From NCBI GenBank assembly GCA_038087875.1, contig JAXLNO010000483.1, positions 1 to 64,000 on the forward strand: a stretch of 64,000 nucleotides of DNA, given 5' to 3'. Shown piece by piece: positions 1 to 13,377 of the stretch (position 1 is the first letter of the stretch; each line of letters begins with the position of its first letter). Below the pieces are notes generated by a model. It had not been told where the DNA came from and made no database searches. It saw only the letters and a program-made list of their open reading frames with translations. Source of the stretch: Malacoraja senta (taxonomy: Eukaryota). Both the position numbers and the translations under genes were made by a program.

Positions 1-398
1 GAAGGCTGCAACTTTCCTTGCTTGTAACCTGTCTACCTCTCCCATACTCTCTCTGCAATTTGTTTTCTCATGTTCCTGGTTCTGATGATGAGTCTTTGAT
101 TAACTCTGTTTCTCTTCCCACAAGGTGAATTGCTGAGTGTTCCCAGCATTTCTGTTTTTTATCATAGTTATCTGTGTGCTTCTAAACTAATTAATCATAT
201 TTGATCCACAAGATACTTGAGACAGTAGATTAGGAAGTCACAGTATTAGGAATATCCTGCACCATACTCATTGTCTTCTGCTACCTTCTGAAAGTGCCAT
301 TGTCTAGGTCTTGGACTGATGGTACAATATTCATAATCAGTTCAAGGATCTCAGTCATCTTCCTCACTATAGAGGCTAAATGTAGCTTTGTTGGATAC

Positions 399-787
399 AA
401 ATTGGGGGAACAGCATCTCGTATTTTGCTTGGGCAGCTTGCAGCCCAGTGGTATAAATATTGATTTCTCTCACTTCAGGGTAGCCCCGGCATTCCCTCTC
501 TCTATCCCTCCCCCACCCAAGTCACACTAGCTTGTTTTCACCCTATAAACAGCTAACAATAGCCTGTTTCCTTTCTCATCGTTACTTTTTTGCATATCTT
601 TAATTCATTGGTCTTTATCTCTCCACATCGTTTATATCTTTCGTTTCCCTTATCCCTAACCTGTCTGAAGAAGGATCTCAATCCGAAACATCACCCATTC
701 CTCTCCAGAGATGCTGCATGTCCCGCTGATTTACTCCAGGGTTTTGTGTCTATGGTTTAAACCAGCATCTGCAGTTCCTTCCTACAC
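399..787 (+). mobile_element. Penelope-like element 3' end
   Basis: C-terminal peptide KLGEQHLVFCLGSLQPSGINIDFSHFR; hammerhead-like motif at 665-692; family terminus ccagcatctgcagttccttcctacac. Confidence 0.85.
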
Positions 788-1008
788 GCTTTCTTAACTC
801 AGTTCTTCATAAAGTGCCATAAATCTTGTAATCAGTTGGGGCCTTGTTCTAACATTCAAACTTCAAAATACTGAATTTCTTTATTGAATGACTTGACCTT
901 CACCAGTTTAAGTTTTTTTGTAATTTTGGTGTCATGCATTTGCATAATTTCTTGACATTTGCCAACCTAGGCCCAGAAAGTAATTTTGCCTGCCCATGTT
1001 CAATCTAT

Positions 1009-1754
1009 CTTCCCATCTCCACCCTTTCTGCTTTCTGCAGGGACCGTTCCCTCCGAAACTCCGCGGTCAACTGGTCCCTTCCAACCCAAACCACCCCCTC
1101 CCCAGCTACTTTCCCCTGCAACTGCAGGAGATGTAACACCTGTCCCTTTACCTCCCCCCTCGACTCCATCCAAGGACCCAAACAGTCTTTCCAGGTGAGG
1201 CAGAGATTCACTTGTACCTCCTCCAACCTCATCTGCTGTTCCAGGTGAGACCTCATCTGCTGTTCTACATCGGCGAGACCAAACGCTGGCTCAGCGATCG
1301 TTTCATTGAACACCTACGCTCAGTCCGTCTTAACCAACCTGATCTCCCGGTGGCTCAGCACTTCAACTCCCCCTCCCATTCCCAATCTGACCTTTATGTC
1401 CTGGGCCTCCTCCATTGTCAGAGTGAGGCCCAGCGCAAATTGGAGGAACAAACACCTCATATTTCGCTTGGGTAGTTTACACCCCAGCGATATGAACATT
1501 GACTGCTCTAACTTCAGATAGCCCTTGCTTTCTCTCTCCATCCCCTTCCCCTTCCCAGTTCTCCCACTAGTCTTACTGTCTCCGCCTACATTCTATATTT
1601 GTCCCGCCCCCTCCCCTGATATCAGTCTGAAGAAGGGTCTCAACCCGAAACATCACCCATTCCTTCTCTCCAGAGATGCTGCCTGTCCCGCTGTTACTCC
1701 AGCTTTTGGTGTCTAACTTTGGTTTAAACCAGCATCTGCAGTTCCTTCTTACAC
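1009..1754 (+). mobile_element. Penelope-like (Neptune-type) element, GIY-YIG endonuclease and 3' end
   Basis: CNCRRCNTC linker; NLIC..../LFYIGETKRWLSDRFIEHLRSV GIY-YIG motifs; hammerhead-like motif at 1627-1654. Confidence 0.9.
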
Positions 1755-1839
1755 GCTTTGTTAACTCAGTTCTTCATAAAGTGCCATAAAGCTTGTAATT
1801 AGTTGGGGCCTTGTTCTAACATTCAAAATTCAACACCTC

Positions 1840-3190
1840 TCCCACAAAACTGCATTAAAAAACCTATAAGGAAAACCCTATAATACATAGTGGAATACGA
1901 ATTTGGAAACAATTAAAAAAAGCTTTAAAACTGAATAATATACCACTATGTCTTCCCGTTGTAAATAATCCTTTATTCAAGCCATCCATATTGGATAAAG
2001 GTTTCATACAATGGAAAATTATAGAATTAAATAGATTGGACATCTTTATAGGAAAGGCATCTTTCTGTCATTTCAAGAGTTACAACAGAATCATGGACTA
2101 CACTCAAATAATTTTTTCAGATATCTACAAATTAGAGATTATGTTAAATCTAATACACAAGTTTATAGGACTAGGGAACCAGAAATTCTTGATGAATGTT
2201 TGAATAAGCATCCTAACACTGAAAAATTAATAGCTTATATTTATAACACCCTCTTAAACAACGAGGTACCTCCGATGGAACTATATAGGCACACATGGGA
2301 AAATGAGTTAGGACATCCTATAACGAAAGACATTTGGGACGAAAGTTTACAACATATACATCAATGCTCGTTAAATGCCAGACATGCTTTAATACAATTT
2401 AAAGTCTTACACAGATTACATTACTCCAAAATAAAACTAAATAGAATCTTCCCACATATTTCTCCTATCTGTGATAAATGCCTGCATCTAGAGGCCAATT
2501 TAACACATACTTTTGCAAATTGTATAAAAATTATAAATTTCTGGACTGATATTTTTGAAATAATTTCTGAAGTTGTTAATACTAAATTGGATCCAGACTC
2601 AAAATTAATAATACTTGGGATATCAGAACAAAGTTTAACACTCACAACAAGCCAAAGAAACTTCCTCGACTACAGTATAATAACTGGGAAAAAAATAATA
2701 TTAACATTTGGAAAGGCCCTATAATCCCCACAATTAAAATGTAGATTGTGGAAATGTCGGAGACCCTACATCTAGAAAGAATTAGACTTGTCTTAATGGA
2801 CAAACAAGAACTTTTTGTTAAAATATGGGCTCCATTCATTAACTATTTGAAGGGATAGATTGGCCCAACACGAAAACCCAACTGAAGCTTGAACTCAGGA
2901 CTAGATGTAAAATTATATTTCATAACCTATGAACTTATCTCCAATGACGTATTATAAGTAATTCATTCCACCTCTTTTTTTTTATATTTGTAATTCTTTT
3001 TGCTTTTTATCTCTCTTTTTCTATCTATATAAAAAAAAAACACTAGAAGCAGAATTAATCGACAATTGACAATTTTTAATAATGTATGATTGATGTATAT
3101 GAAAAGTTTTTTTTCTATTATAATATGTTACTATACTTTATAATATGTTTGCTTCTAATAAAAATATTGTAAAAAAAAAAAAAAAAAAAA
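1840..3190 (+). mobile_element. 5'-truncated L1-clade LINE (ORF2 C-terminus, 3' UTR, poly-A)
   Basis: QFKVLHRLHYS...CDKC...HTFANC zinc-knuckle region; AATAAA then A-tract ending 3190; TSD tcaacacctc at 1830-1839 and 3193-3202. Confidence 0.9.
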
Positions 3191-3821
3191 TGTCAACACC
3201 TCAAAATACTGAATTTCTTTATTGAATGACTTGACCTTCACCAGTTTAAGTTTTTTTGTAATTCTGGTGTCATGCATTTGCATAATTTCTTGACATTTGC
3301 CAACCTAGGCCCAGAAAGTAATTTTGCCGCCCATGTTCAATCTATGGTTTCACTTAGCTGATACCTGACTAGAAAGCTCTAGTCTGGTATGATTTTTTTT
3401 GTTCTTAATTATAGCGTGATATGTAATTTTTCATGCACAAATAGAAATGTCATATTTTACCTTTCCTAGTAACATTCTATTTTCTTTAATATCCTGACAT
3501 GAAATCAACTTGTGTAATAGTTAGATGATAGCATTTCCATATGTTTAATTGAACCGAGATACTTCACAGATGGATCATTGAACAAAATATTTGCACTAAC
3601 ATGGTAAGCCAAATGACCTAAAACTTGGTCAAAAAGAATATCTTAAAAGAGAAAGGAAAGGCAGAGCATTTTAGGAACTAATTATATGAAACGCACATCA
3701 TATGTTTACCATTTGCTTCTGCTCAGTATCTGCTCAGTTTTAATTCTGCGTGAAAATTGGCTGACAGATTTCATGTTCTACTTTCATGTTCCACAAAATA
3801 ATCTCATATTAATTTTGGCAC

Positions 3822-3827
3822 TTTATT
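3822..3827 (-). promoter_or_regulatory. Candidate polyadenylation signal of the antisense gene
   Basis: tttatt on plus = AATAAA on minus, about 167 nt downstream of the predicted stop. AT-rich context makes a chance match possible. Confidence 0.35.
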
Positions 3828-3993
3828 GCAGAAGATATTTTTGTTGTTGGTGGAGTGATCGTAGAATTTTTTTGTTTGTTTTCTTTTTCCTTTTCTTGTT
3901 GAAAGAATTAGTTGCTTGGGTATGATAATGCTTGATCTTCAACGACAGTTGAATTATTCATGTTTTCAACATTTTCTGGCAATCCTCTTCCAA

Positions 3994-4150
3994 TTATACC
4001 TTTAGTGTTTTGACAAGATGCTGTAAAGTGAAGTTGTTTTCTCCCAAAGGTTGTTTGGGTAAATATTCATCAGGCAGATCAGGAAAATTTGTAATTTCAG
4101 TTCTAGCTTGTTTTAATTTAGACAGTAAAGTTGAACTTGCCATCCCTGAA
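3994..4150 (-). CDS. Antisense unknown gene, coding exon 5 (probably terminal)
   Basis: Strong acceptor ttttcttcttcctag, phase-2 start. Translates SGMASSTLLSKLKQARTEITNFPDLPDEYLPKQPLGENNFTLQHLVKTLKV-stop (TAA 3996-3994). AAG|gtataa at 4000 could instead be a donor. Minus-strand AATAAA at 3827-3822. Confidence 0.65.
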
Positions 4151-4899
4151 CTAGGAAGAAGAAAAACGATCAGTCACATTTTCACCACTCGCAATGCATG
4201 AAACCCATCATGTGCAGAAATTAATTGAGGGTGTAAATGCTGCTCACATGAATAGCAGGCACTTGAGTGAATAACGAGATATGTCAGCATAATTGAAACC
4301 ATCCTCCTGTATAAATAACTGGCATTGGGAAATTATGAGAAAAGAAACAATAAACACAAGTGAAATTAATTATTAAATTGTGAATCATTCTAATTAAGAA
4401 TATTAATTACCTGGGTCCAGTGTAAGATGGATAAACATTTGTAGATCACTGACATATTCTTATGTACGTTATAATATTCCAGGAGATTTTAAATCAATAA
4501 AGACTTCGTTGTGTACTCTTTTTGTAACCATTTATCTTAATAGGCCTCATTCTACCAGTGGGTGGAAAGATTGCAGGGTGATTGCAACAGAATGACTATG
4601 GATTACAGCTACTAAATTGTAAATTATCTTGATTTATGCGTTGTGATTGGAAAAACCTTGATGTAGACAACAACTCCATTATCTTTATCAGTAATACAAC
4701 TGTTATTGATGAAAACATTGATTTTTTTTAAGCGATAATTTTCTACCTGCTAAATAATGTTTACGCCTTTAAATACGACGGTAATTTCAAAGGTAGCTTT
4801 TGTAAGATTTGGTGGGTCAGTGTAATAAAATCAAATGCAAGGAGGAAAGAGTCCTTTAAGGTTCCCTATGATAAACTTTGCGACCCAGGATCATTACTG

Positions 4900-6940
4900 C
4901 AGCATTCAAGAAGACCATTTGCCACATCGACCCAAACAGCACAAAAAATAGGTCATTTGGCATTCGATAAGTGATCTGAATTATCTAGTCCTCTGTACTA
5001 ATCCCATTTGCCAACACTTAGTCTGTTTCTGCCTTGGTGATTTAAATTATTTGCCCATATACCTTTTAAATGATGAGCATATCTGTCTGTAAACTGCACT
5101 CCCACCCTACCCAGGCAGTGCGTTATAGATTCCAACCATCCTGTGAGGTAAAAAAATGTCCGTCCTCAGATTTCCCTCTAACCCCTTAACTAATCCATAT
5201 CCTCTAATTTTAGATCCTGCAATTTATGGGGAAATGCCACCCATAATTTTGCATACCCTGTCAGATCCTCCCTCAGCTGTCTCCACACCAAAGAAAATAA
5301 GCCTTTCCGGTTTCTCTTCGTAACTTGAAACGCGCTGATCAAATAAATCTCCTTTGCATTCTTCTAAGTGCAGTCGCATCCTTCTTATAGATTGGCAATC
5401 AGAACCACACATATTATTCCATTTGTGGGCTAACCAATATTTTACAAAGTTGTACTACTAATGCCCTGCTATTATATCCTGTGCCCTAACTAATGAAGGA
5501 AAGTATTCCATGTGCCATCTGTACCACCTTATTTACGTGTGCTGCCACCTTCAAGGATCTTTGGACTTGTACACTTACTTTGTTACTTACTACTCCATGG
5601 TACCCTAAAGTTCATTGTGAAAGCGTTGTCCCTTTTCATCCTCCAATATGCATCACTTCATACTTATCAGTATTAAATTCCATCTGCGATTATTAATCAA
5701 TTTTACCAACTCATCATTATCATCTTGTAGTCTAAGGCTATGAGTCTCACAATCCCTGTGGTACACCACTATTTCCAGGCTTCCAATCTAAAAAATAACT
5801 CTACCATCGCCACCATTTTCCCCGTAACCAAGTCGGGTGTGAATTCAGTTGTCAACTTGCCTTGGGTCTCATGAGCTTTTATCAGTTGAACCAGTTTTCC
5901 CCACATGGGATCCTGTCAAAGGCCTTACTGAAGATCACTGAACCACATCATCCATACCTTGAAGAAGGGTCTCGACCCGAAACGTTGCCTATTTCCGTCG
6001 CTCCATAGATGCTGCCTCACCCGCTGAGTTTCTCCAGCATTTTTGTCTACCCATATCATCCATACGATACTATTTCAAAAAAATTGGCTAAATTGATCAG
6101 ATAGGTTCTCCCACAAAGAGCCGCGCTGATTATGTTTGGTTAATCACTGCCCTACCAAATGTTTCTCAATCGAATCAGATATTTTTTCAATAATCTCCCT
6201 ACTGCTGAAGGTAAACTCTCAGTCCTGTATATGTGTGGTTTATATTTGCTACCCGACTAGAATAATGGTATCTAAATTGCTGCCCTCCAGTCATCTGACA
6301 CCTCACCTGCGGCCAGCAAAAATGAAAAAATTCAGATTCCCAGAAATCTCCTCCTATGCCTCTTAAGACATACATTTCATCAAGCCTAAGGGTTTATCTT
6401 GTACCTTTTTAATTGAAGCTTGTTCTCGAGTTTCTCTCCGTAAACTCTCCAACTACAATGTACTTCTCCTACATGACTACGGGTGAGAAGTAATCATTGA
6501 AGACATTTTTTACATCTTTTTGCTCCAAGAACAGAATTCCACTTTGGTTCCCAGTGGTGCTGTATTTTCCCTGGGCATACCGTTCTGAGTATATTAAGAA
6601 ATGGTTCGGGGTTTGGCTTAATCTTGTCTGCCAGTGATATTTTGTGCACCCCACCTTGCCCTCATAATTTCTTTAGGGATCCCTCTGCTGTACTCCTGAG
6701 TCTTTCCACAATTTCTGTTCTCAATATCTGTCATACATTTCCTTTAAACCATCCTTAATGTTTCTTGACATTTGCAGTTCATTGGACTTACTTCCTAAAC
6801 TTTCACCCTTGCTAGAACACGTTGTCTCTGAAGTTTAATTATTTCAGTTTTGATTGACTCCCACTTGTCGGGTGTAGATTTATTTGCAAATAGCTGCTGT
6901 GTGTTTACTTTTGTCAGGTTTTATTTAATGTAATAATATT
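4900..6940 (-). mobile_element. Old, degraded CR1-like LINE
   Basis: Reverse-strand similarity to the younger CR1 copies in the window (cagaaccacac..tattcc, ggatcctgtcaaaggccttactgaag); many stops. Boundaries approximate. Confidence 0.6.
5958..6050 (+). mobile_element. ~90-bp Penelope-end mini-insertion starting at the hammerhead core
   Basis: tgaagaagggtctcgacccgaaacgttgcc...gtctac flanked by a 15-bp TSD cca(c/t)atcatccatac at 5943-5957 and 6051-6065. Confidence 0.8.
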
Positions 6941-7513
6941 GGAGGTGTAGAGTGACTGAACATTCAAACTAAAGATGAGGGAACAGGGGCCTGGAAAATG
7001 GAGAACATTAAAGAGACAAAGGGCGTGTGAGGTGTCTTGGGCATTGATCGGGAGGGATTAGACCAGGGAGGTTAGAATGGAGTCGAGGTACATGGAAATG
7101 ATTTCAGTGAGGCAGGAGCAGTCAGAAACAATGGGTCTGCCAGGGCAGTTCTGTTTATGGATTTTGGGGAGAAAGTAAAACTGGGCCGTGCGGAGCTGGG
7201 GAACGATAAGGTTGGAGGCTGTGGAGGGCCGACAGTTTGGTGATAAAAGCAGAGATGGTCTGCAAGATAATGGCCTGGTGCTCATATCTGGGGTGATGGT
7301 CCAAGGGTAAATAGAAGAAGGTGTCTGAGAGTTGGCACCAAGCCTCAGCCCTGTAAAGGTCAACTCACCAGACTACTACAGCACCTCCTTTGTTGGCAGG
7401 TTTGATGATAATGTCAGGGTTGTTGCAGAGTGAGCGGAGGGCTGTACGTTCGGAAGGGATGAGGTTAGAGTAGGTAAGGTGAGTGGAAAAGTTAAGACGG
7501 TTGATGTCACGCC
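6941..7513 (-). mobile_element. Penelope-like RT fragment
   Basis: [19 protein letters not shown]...YLDSIL, the same family as 17612-19570. Confidence 0.85.
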
Positions 7514-8185
7514 TTTAGTTTTCTTTCATATCGCCCAAGGCTAAAGAGGATACAAAGATCTCTGTCGAGGACCCAGGCATTGCCTCTCAGTTCTGTACCT
7601 CCCTGTTTACATTTTTTCTACAATGCAGTGACTGAAACAGAAATCAATATTCTAGTTGTAGCCTCATCAAAGCTGTAACAGCTTCTTGCCTTTGCATGCT
7701 GTTATAGTTACTATCATAAAAACCACTTAAGCCACTTTTGCCTATTGTTACTCAGATCATTTACATAAGCATATTAAACCAATTTTTTTTTTAGTTGGTC
7801 ATGAGTGTAATGTGGGAAAAAATGGAGGGAAAAATCACTTAAATTTATCCTCAAATTTGACAACAATTAGATTTTGAAAGTAGGGTTGGGAGAGAAAGCA
7901 TTGCATTCAATATTAATACTCTGAAAATGGATAAACCAAGAGGTACTTTCACAGGTTAAGGCCAGGTCTGCTGCATACGTCAAACGATCCCAAGCGGTAC
8001 AAGAAGACTTGCTATGATCGCCGCAAAGCCACCAACGATGCCAAGCGGGACAAACTTGAGTCTCAGTATAATCACTCGGACACACGGACAATGGGGCAAG
8101 GTCAGAATAAGCTAACTGGCTGCAAAGCAAGGTCAGGCAACGTCATTAGTGATAGTGCGACGCTACCCAATGAACTGAATGCTTT

Positions 8186-11100
8186 AAAAAATATATTTAT
8201 TTTATTAGAAGCAATTGTACAAAGGAGAAAGTATTCGACATAACAATTATACAATTTTCGTACAGCTTCAATTTTAACATTTTATAAACTAATAACTAAA
8301 TCGGAAAAAAAGAAAAAGGAAAAAAGGGAAAGAAAGAAGAAAAGAAAAAGAAAAGAAAGAATTTCGAAAAAGACACAAAAAAGAAAAAAGAAAAACCCCA
8401 GAACTAACGAAGAAGTGAAAGAAGCGGAGATATATCCCACTACCCTTCCCTACGCCCGCTCACCCGACCCTAGCGTCGGTTTTGAGTTTGTTGTTGAAGA
8501 AATTCAATGAAAGGAGACCATAATTTGGAAAAATGATCTGGTTTGTCAGTCAAGACAAGCCTTATTTTTTCTAGCTGTAGTGTCTCGGTCATTTCAGTGA
8601 TCCACATCTTCACTGTGGGGACTGTTATCTTTTTCCAGAAATTAAGTACAAGTTTTTTCGCAGTTATTAAACCATAGTCAAGGAAGCGTCTTTGAGATAT
8701 TGTTAAATTAGGGCAGCCCTCTGACATTCCTAATATTATTAATTTTGAATATGACTCCAATTGAATTTTAAGTGTTTTAGAAATGATATTGAATATTCCC
8801 GTCCAGAAGTTTTGTATTTTTATACACGATACAAAAGAAGGAGTTAGGGGGGCTTCTTGAAACTGACATTTATCACAGAGAGGAGAGACAGTTGGGAAGA
8901 TCTTGTTCAATTTGGTCTTTGAGTAGTATAACCTATGCAATACTTTAAATTGTATCAGGCAATACCTGGCATTTAAAGAACAGTAGTGTATGTATTGTAG
9001 GCTTTCCACCCATATATCTTTCGAAATGGGTAAACCCAGCTCGTCCTCCCATGCTCGCCTATAAATCTCAGAAGGTGGGGTATCAATATTTAGAAGAGTG
9101 TTATAAATGTAAGATATCAACTTGTATCGGCATGTCTTTTCAAACAATCGTCTAATATATCTGGACCCATAAGAGGACAGTCTTGTGTATATGTTTTTGC
9201 GTAATCTCGGATTTGAAGGTATCTAAAAAAATTATTGACATTCAAGTGATATTTCTCCTGTAGTTCTTGAAAAGAAGAGAGTCCCCTTCTTATAGAGGTC
9301 TCCCACAGTATTGATTCCCAGGTTCTTCCATTGAACAAACACCACATCTAAAGTAGACGGTTTAAACAAGGGATTATTTGCAATAGGAAGAAGGAGAGAC
9401 ATATTTCTCAATTTAAGACTGAATTTCAACTGTTTTCAGATACGGATAGTACTATGTATTATCGGATTTTGCTCTTACGTTAACTTATTCAAATGTATTG
9501 GAGATAGCAGGATCGAGCCTATACTAAAAGGCAAACAATCTTCCCTCTCCATTTTTAACAAATTTACATCTTGACGTCCAACCAGAAAGTTATATTTTTA
9601 ATATTAGTTGCCCAGTAGTAAAAAAGAAAATTAGGTAGAGGTAATCCTCCATTTTCTTTGGATTTGCACAAATGTCTTTTGTGTATTCTGTGGGTTTTGT
9701 AGTCCCAAATAAAGGTAGTGACATTAGAGTCCATTTTTTTTTTTTAAGCTTTTAGGGAAATATATCGGTATTGATTGAAATAAATATAAAAGTTGCGGAA
9801 GGAAGATCATCTTTATGGCATTTAATCTACCAATAAGGGAGCTAGGAAGTGTTTTCCAAAATTGGATGTAGGCATACAGTTTAGTGATTAATGGTGGGAA
9901 GTTTATTTTAAACGTCGGAAGATGGCGGATGTGCAGGAGTGGGCGCCGTTTGTATGGCCGCCTGCCTGCAGTCCGTCCTCTAACTCTTTTATTGTCTAAA
10001 CATGTTTTTTTGGAGTCTATTCTTTCTATGTGGGGGGTGGGGGAACTGTTTTAACCCCAGTCCTACTTGGTCGGAGATGTGGTTTTCCTCCGAATCGCAT
10101 CTCCGATCTCCCCATGCGGCCTTCCATCGGGCTGGAGCGGCGTTTCCTGCCGGGGACCACAGCTTCGGCGGCACAGCGCTGGGACACCAACAAGGAGCGG
10201 GCGATGCCTTGCCGGGTCGCCGCTCCGGAGTGCTGTGACCGCCGACCGCCAACATCGAGGAGCTGCGGTCTGCGGTCTGTGGTTTGAGGGCATCCCGCCG
10301 CGGGCGGGCGGGCGGCGCTGGATCAAAAACACCGCGGAGTCGAAGCTTCAACCGGCGCGGCCTGAAGTCCGCGGTCGTCGCAGTCTCCGGGGAAGGAGCG
10401 GCCGCTCCAGACATTTCCAAGCTGCTGAGGACTTTTCCACCTGATGCGGGTGGGCAAACAACATCGGGCTGCCGCTGCTGCGACTGGCTGCAGTGGCCTC
10501 AAACTGGCCCCGACCTCGGGTGGACTAGGAGGAGGAGGAGGACTGGACATTTTAGTGCCTTCCCTCACAGTGGAGAGTGTGGATTCTACTGTGGGGGGAT
10601 GTTCGTGTTTGTGTAAAATCTCTTATAGTGTGTTGTGTCATTTTTTTCTACCTCTTTTTTATTATTTGTATGGTTAGTTCACTGTAAAGCACTTTGGCTT
10701 TTGATTCAAATCAATTGGAAAATGTGCTATATAAATAAATTTCACTTACTTACTTACTTACTAACTAAACAAAGAGGAATACTTTCTAGTCACGTAAATT
10801 CCAAGATATCTGAACTTTTCAGTAACGATTCTGAAAGGAAATTGTTGGAGTTGAGAAGGGTTTTGTTCTTTTATTGGCATGATTTCACTTTTATTCCAAT
10901 TTATTCTGTATCCAGAAAAAGAACCAAATTGTTCTATAATGTTTAGAACATTTGGAATACTAACTTGGGGATTAGTAATGTATAAAAGTACATCATCTGC
11001 ATATAACGAGATTTTATTGGAGGTATATTTGGTATTATATCCATAAATGCCTGAATGGGACCTGATACTCTCGGCAAGAGGTTCTATGGCTAAAGCAAAT

Positions 11101-13377
11101 AACATTGGAGAAAGAGCACATCCTTGTCTGTTACCCCTAGATAAATAAAATTCAGGTGAAAGCATTTGATTTGTCATTATTCTAGCTGTCGGATTAGTGT
11201 ATAAAAGCTTCACCCATAAAGTAAAGTTTTCTCCCAATTGGAATGTTTCCAACACTGAAAAGATAAGACCATTCCACTTGGTCGAAAGCTTTTTCTGCAT
11301 CTAGAGAAATAATTGTTAGATCTTCATTTGGCATTTCCTGCGAATATATTATGTTAAACAAACGTCTCAAATTATAAAACGAGTGTCGTTTAGGTATAAA
11401 CCCAGTTTGATCTGGATATATTAGTTTACCGATAACTAGATCCGTATTTTAAAGGGCTATTGCCCTGTAGGATCCAGGCTCCTCGAGATTTTTTTTCTTT
11501 TTTTGGAATTAATGTAATAGTTGATTCAGCAACAGTTTGTGGTAAAGTCTGTTCTTTAAATGCTTGAATATAAAGGGCTTGTAAGCAAGGAGAAATTAAA
11601 TCATTACATTTTTTATAAAATTCGTTACTAAACCCATCCGGGCCTGGAGTTTTTCCACTGTTCAATGATTTAATAGTCACTACGATGTATTTTGTTGTTA
11701 TCTCTGCGCCTAATTCATCCCGTTCCCCCTCATTAAGAAATGGGAGATTGCAATTCTCAAGAAAGCTTTTCATCTTTGCAGGATCGACTGTTCTTTTTGA
11801 TGAATATAGTGTTTGGTAGAATTGCAAGAATCTTTCATTAATATCTTTAGGCAATGTAAGCAAATCTCCTTTTTCTGATCTAATTTTGTGTATTGTACGG
11901 TCATTCTCTAATTTGCGGAGTTGACGTGCTAGTAGCTTGTGTAGTTTATCACCAAATTGAAATTTTTTTTGTTTAGTATATTGAAATACTAATAATTTTT
12001 GCAGAGAATCTGTTTTAATTTAAATTTTAATGCAGCTATCTTATTATATTTTGCAATGGTTGGGTCAGCCGCGTTTTCTAGGTCTAACTGATTTTTCTGT
12101 TATTCTAATTCCAATTGTTCAGTCTTATTTTTCTAGTTTTGAGAAGCTTGGTATGCGATAATACAGCCTCTAACATAGGCTTTAAAAGTTTCCCACAGCA
12201 AAGATGGAGAAATACCGGGGGTGTCGTTTGTCTCAAAAAATGTTTTCATCTGTAGCTTCAGATAGTCACAACAACTTGCCTCAGCTACTATTTATGGATT
12301 AAATCTCCAAAACGGTTGTTTATTATACATTCCTTCCAATTTTACTGAAAAAGTGAGAGGACAGTGATCCGAAATAATAATGTTGTGATATTTTGGGTTG
12401 TAGGTAAAAGGGATAAGTTTGGCATTAACCAAGAAATAGTCAATTCGTGTATAAACTTTATGAACACCTGAATAAAAAAGAGTATTCTCTTCCAGACGGA
12501 TTGGCAATCCTCCATACGTCTCTTATGTTTGTATTGTTTATATAGGTGTTTAAAAGGTCACTAGATTTTGATGTACTTTTCCTTTGAAGTGAAGATTTAT
12601 CCAAGTATTGATCTAATACACAATTTACATCTCTCCCAATTATCAAATTATGCTGACCAGAGTCTGAAATTGTATTAAATATATATTTTTAAAATTGGGG
12701 ATTATTGAAATTAGGAGCATGAATAGTCAATGGAGTTGAATACAATTCCCCGGATATTATAATGTACCTGCCTTCCTTATCAGCTATAGTGGATTTGTGT
12801 TTGAATGGTATACCTTTGCGAATTAGAATTGCTGTTCCTCTTGCTTTGGAAGAGAACGTAGAATTATATAATTGTCCAATCCACTTACCCTTCAGCCTGT
12901 TTTGAGCTCCATTTTTGAGATGCGTCTCCTGAAGAAATATTATATCAGTATTAATAGATTTTAAATGGGCTAATACTTTACCCCTTTTAATTGGCTCATT
13001 AACGCCCCTATCATTCCAACTACAAAATGTGATTCCTCCTATTTTCCTAGCTACATCATCTTGCATTTTAAAGCTTACATGGTCTCTTTTGATTTAAATG
13101 GTCAAACACATTATTTAAAATATTTCCTTTAAATGCTGGGTGGGTGAGCCCTATCCTCTTTTCCCCTATCCCCTAGAGATATTTCCAAGAAAAATGTGCA
13201 TTAGTAAAGATAGATAAGATATTTAGTAAAGAAATTAGAAAGTGAAAAAGAGAAACAACAGAAATGACAGCATATAAGAATGCTGCTAGTGAATACCACC
13301 CAACGGGTGGTTGAGTTAGTGAAAGCTTCTGTAAGATAGATAATATTAGATAACTCCGCACCTTAAGGAGTTAATAA
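8186..13377 (-). mobile_element. L1-clade LINE with near-complete but disrupted ORF2, truncated upstream of ORF2
   Basis: APE endonuclease (SWNDRGVN..KRGKVLAHLK, FLQETH, RIDYFL, SDH), RT (PGPDGF, RQGCALSPMLF, LYADD), C-terminal CDKC. 13-bp TSD aactgaatgcttt at 8173-8185 and 13378-13390. Confidence 0.92.
9913..10765 (+). mobile_element. GC/CpG-rich non-coding retroelement inserted in the L1
   Basis: Interrupts L1 ORF2. Starts gtcggaagatggcgg; ends gtaaagcactttgg...gtgctatataaataaatttca(ctta)n; TSD taaac at 9908-9912 and 10766-10770. Confidence 0.75.

Noticed and set aside
250..370. Minus-strand open stretch RKMTEILELIMN... after a tag, as a possible sixth exon
   Set aside because: Phase 1 start does not fit the phase 0 donor at 4000, and it resembles a decayed CR1 RT segment.
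9989..10677. Stack of overlapping 77-143 aa ORFs on both strands
   Set aside because: By-product of the GC-rich insert (few stop codons); Arg/Pro/Gly-biased with no domain.
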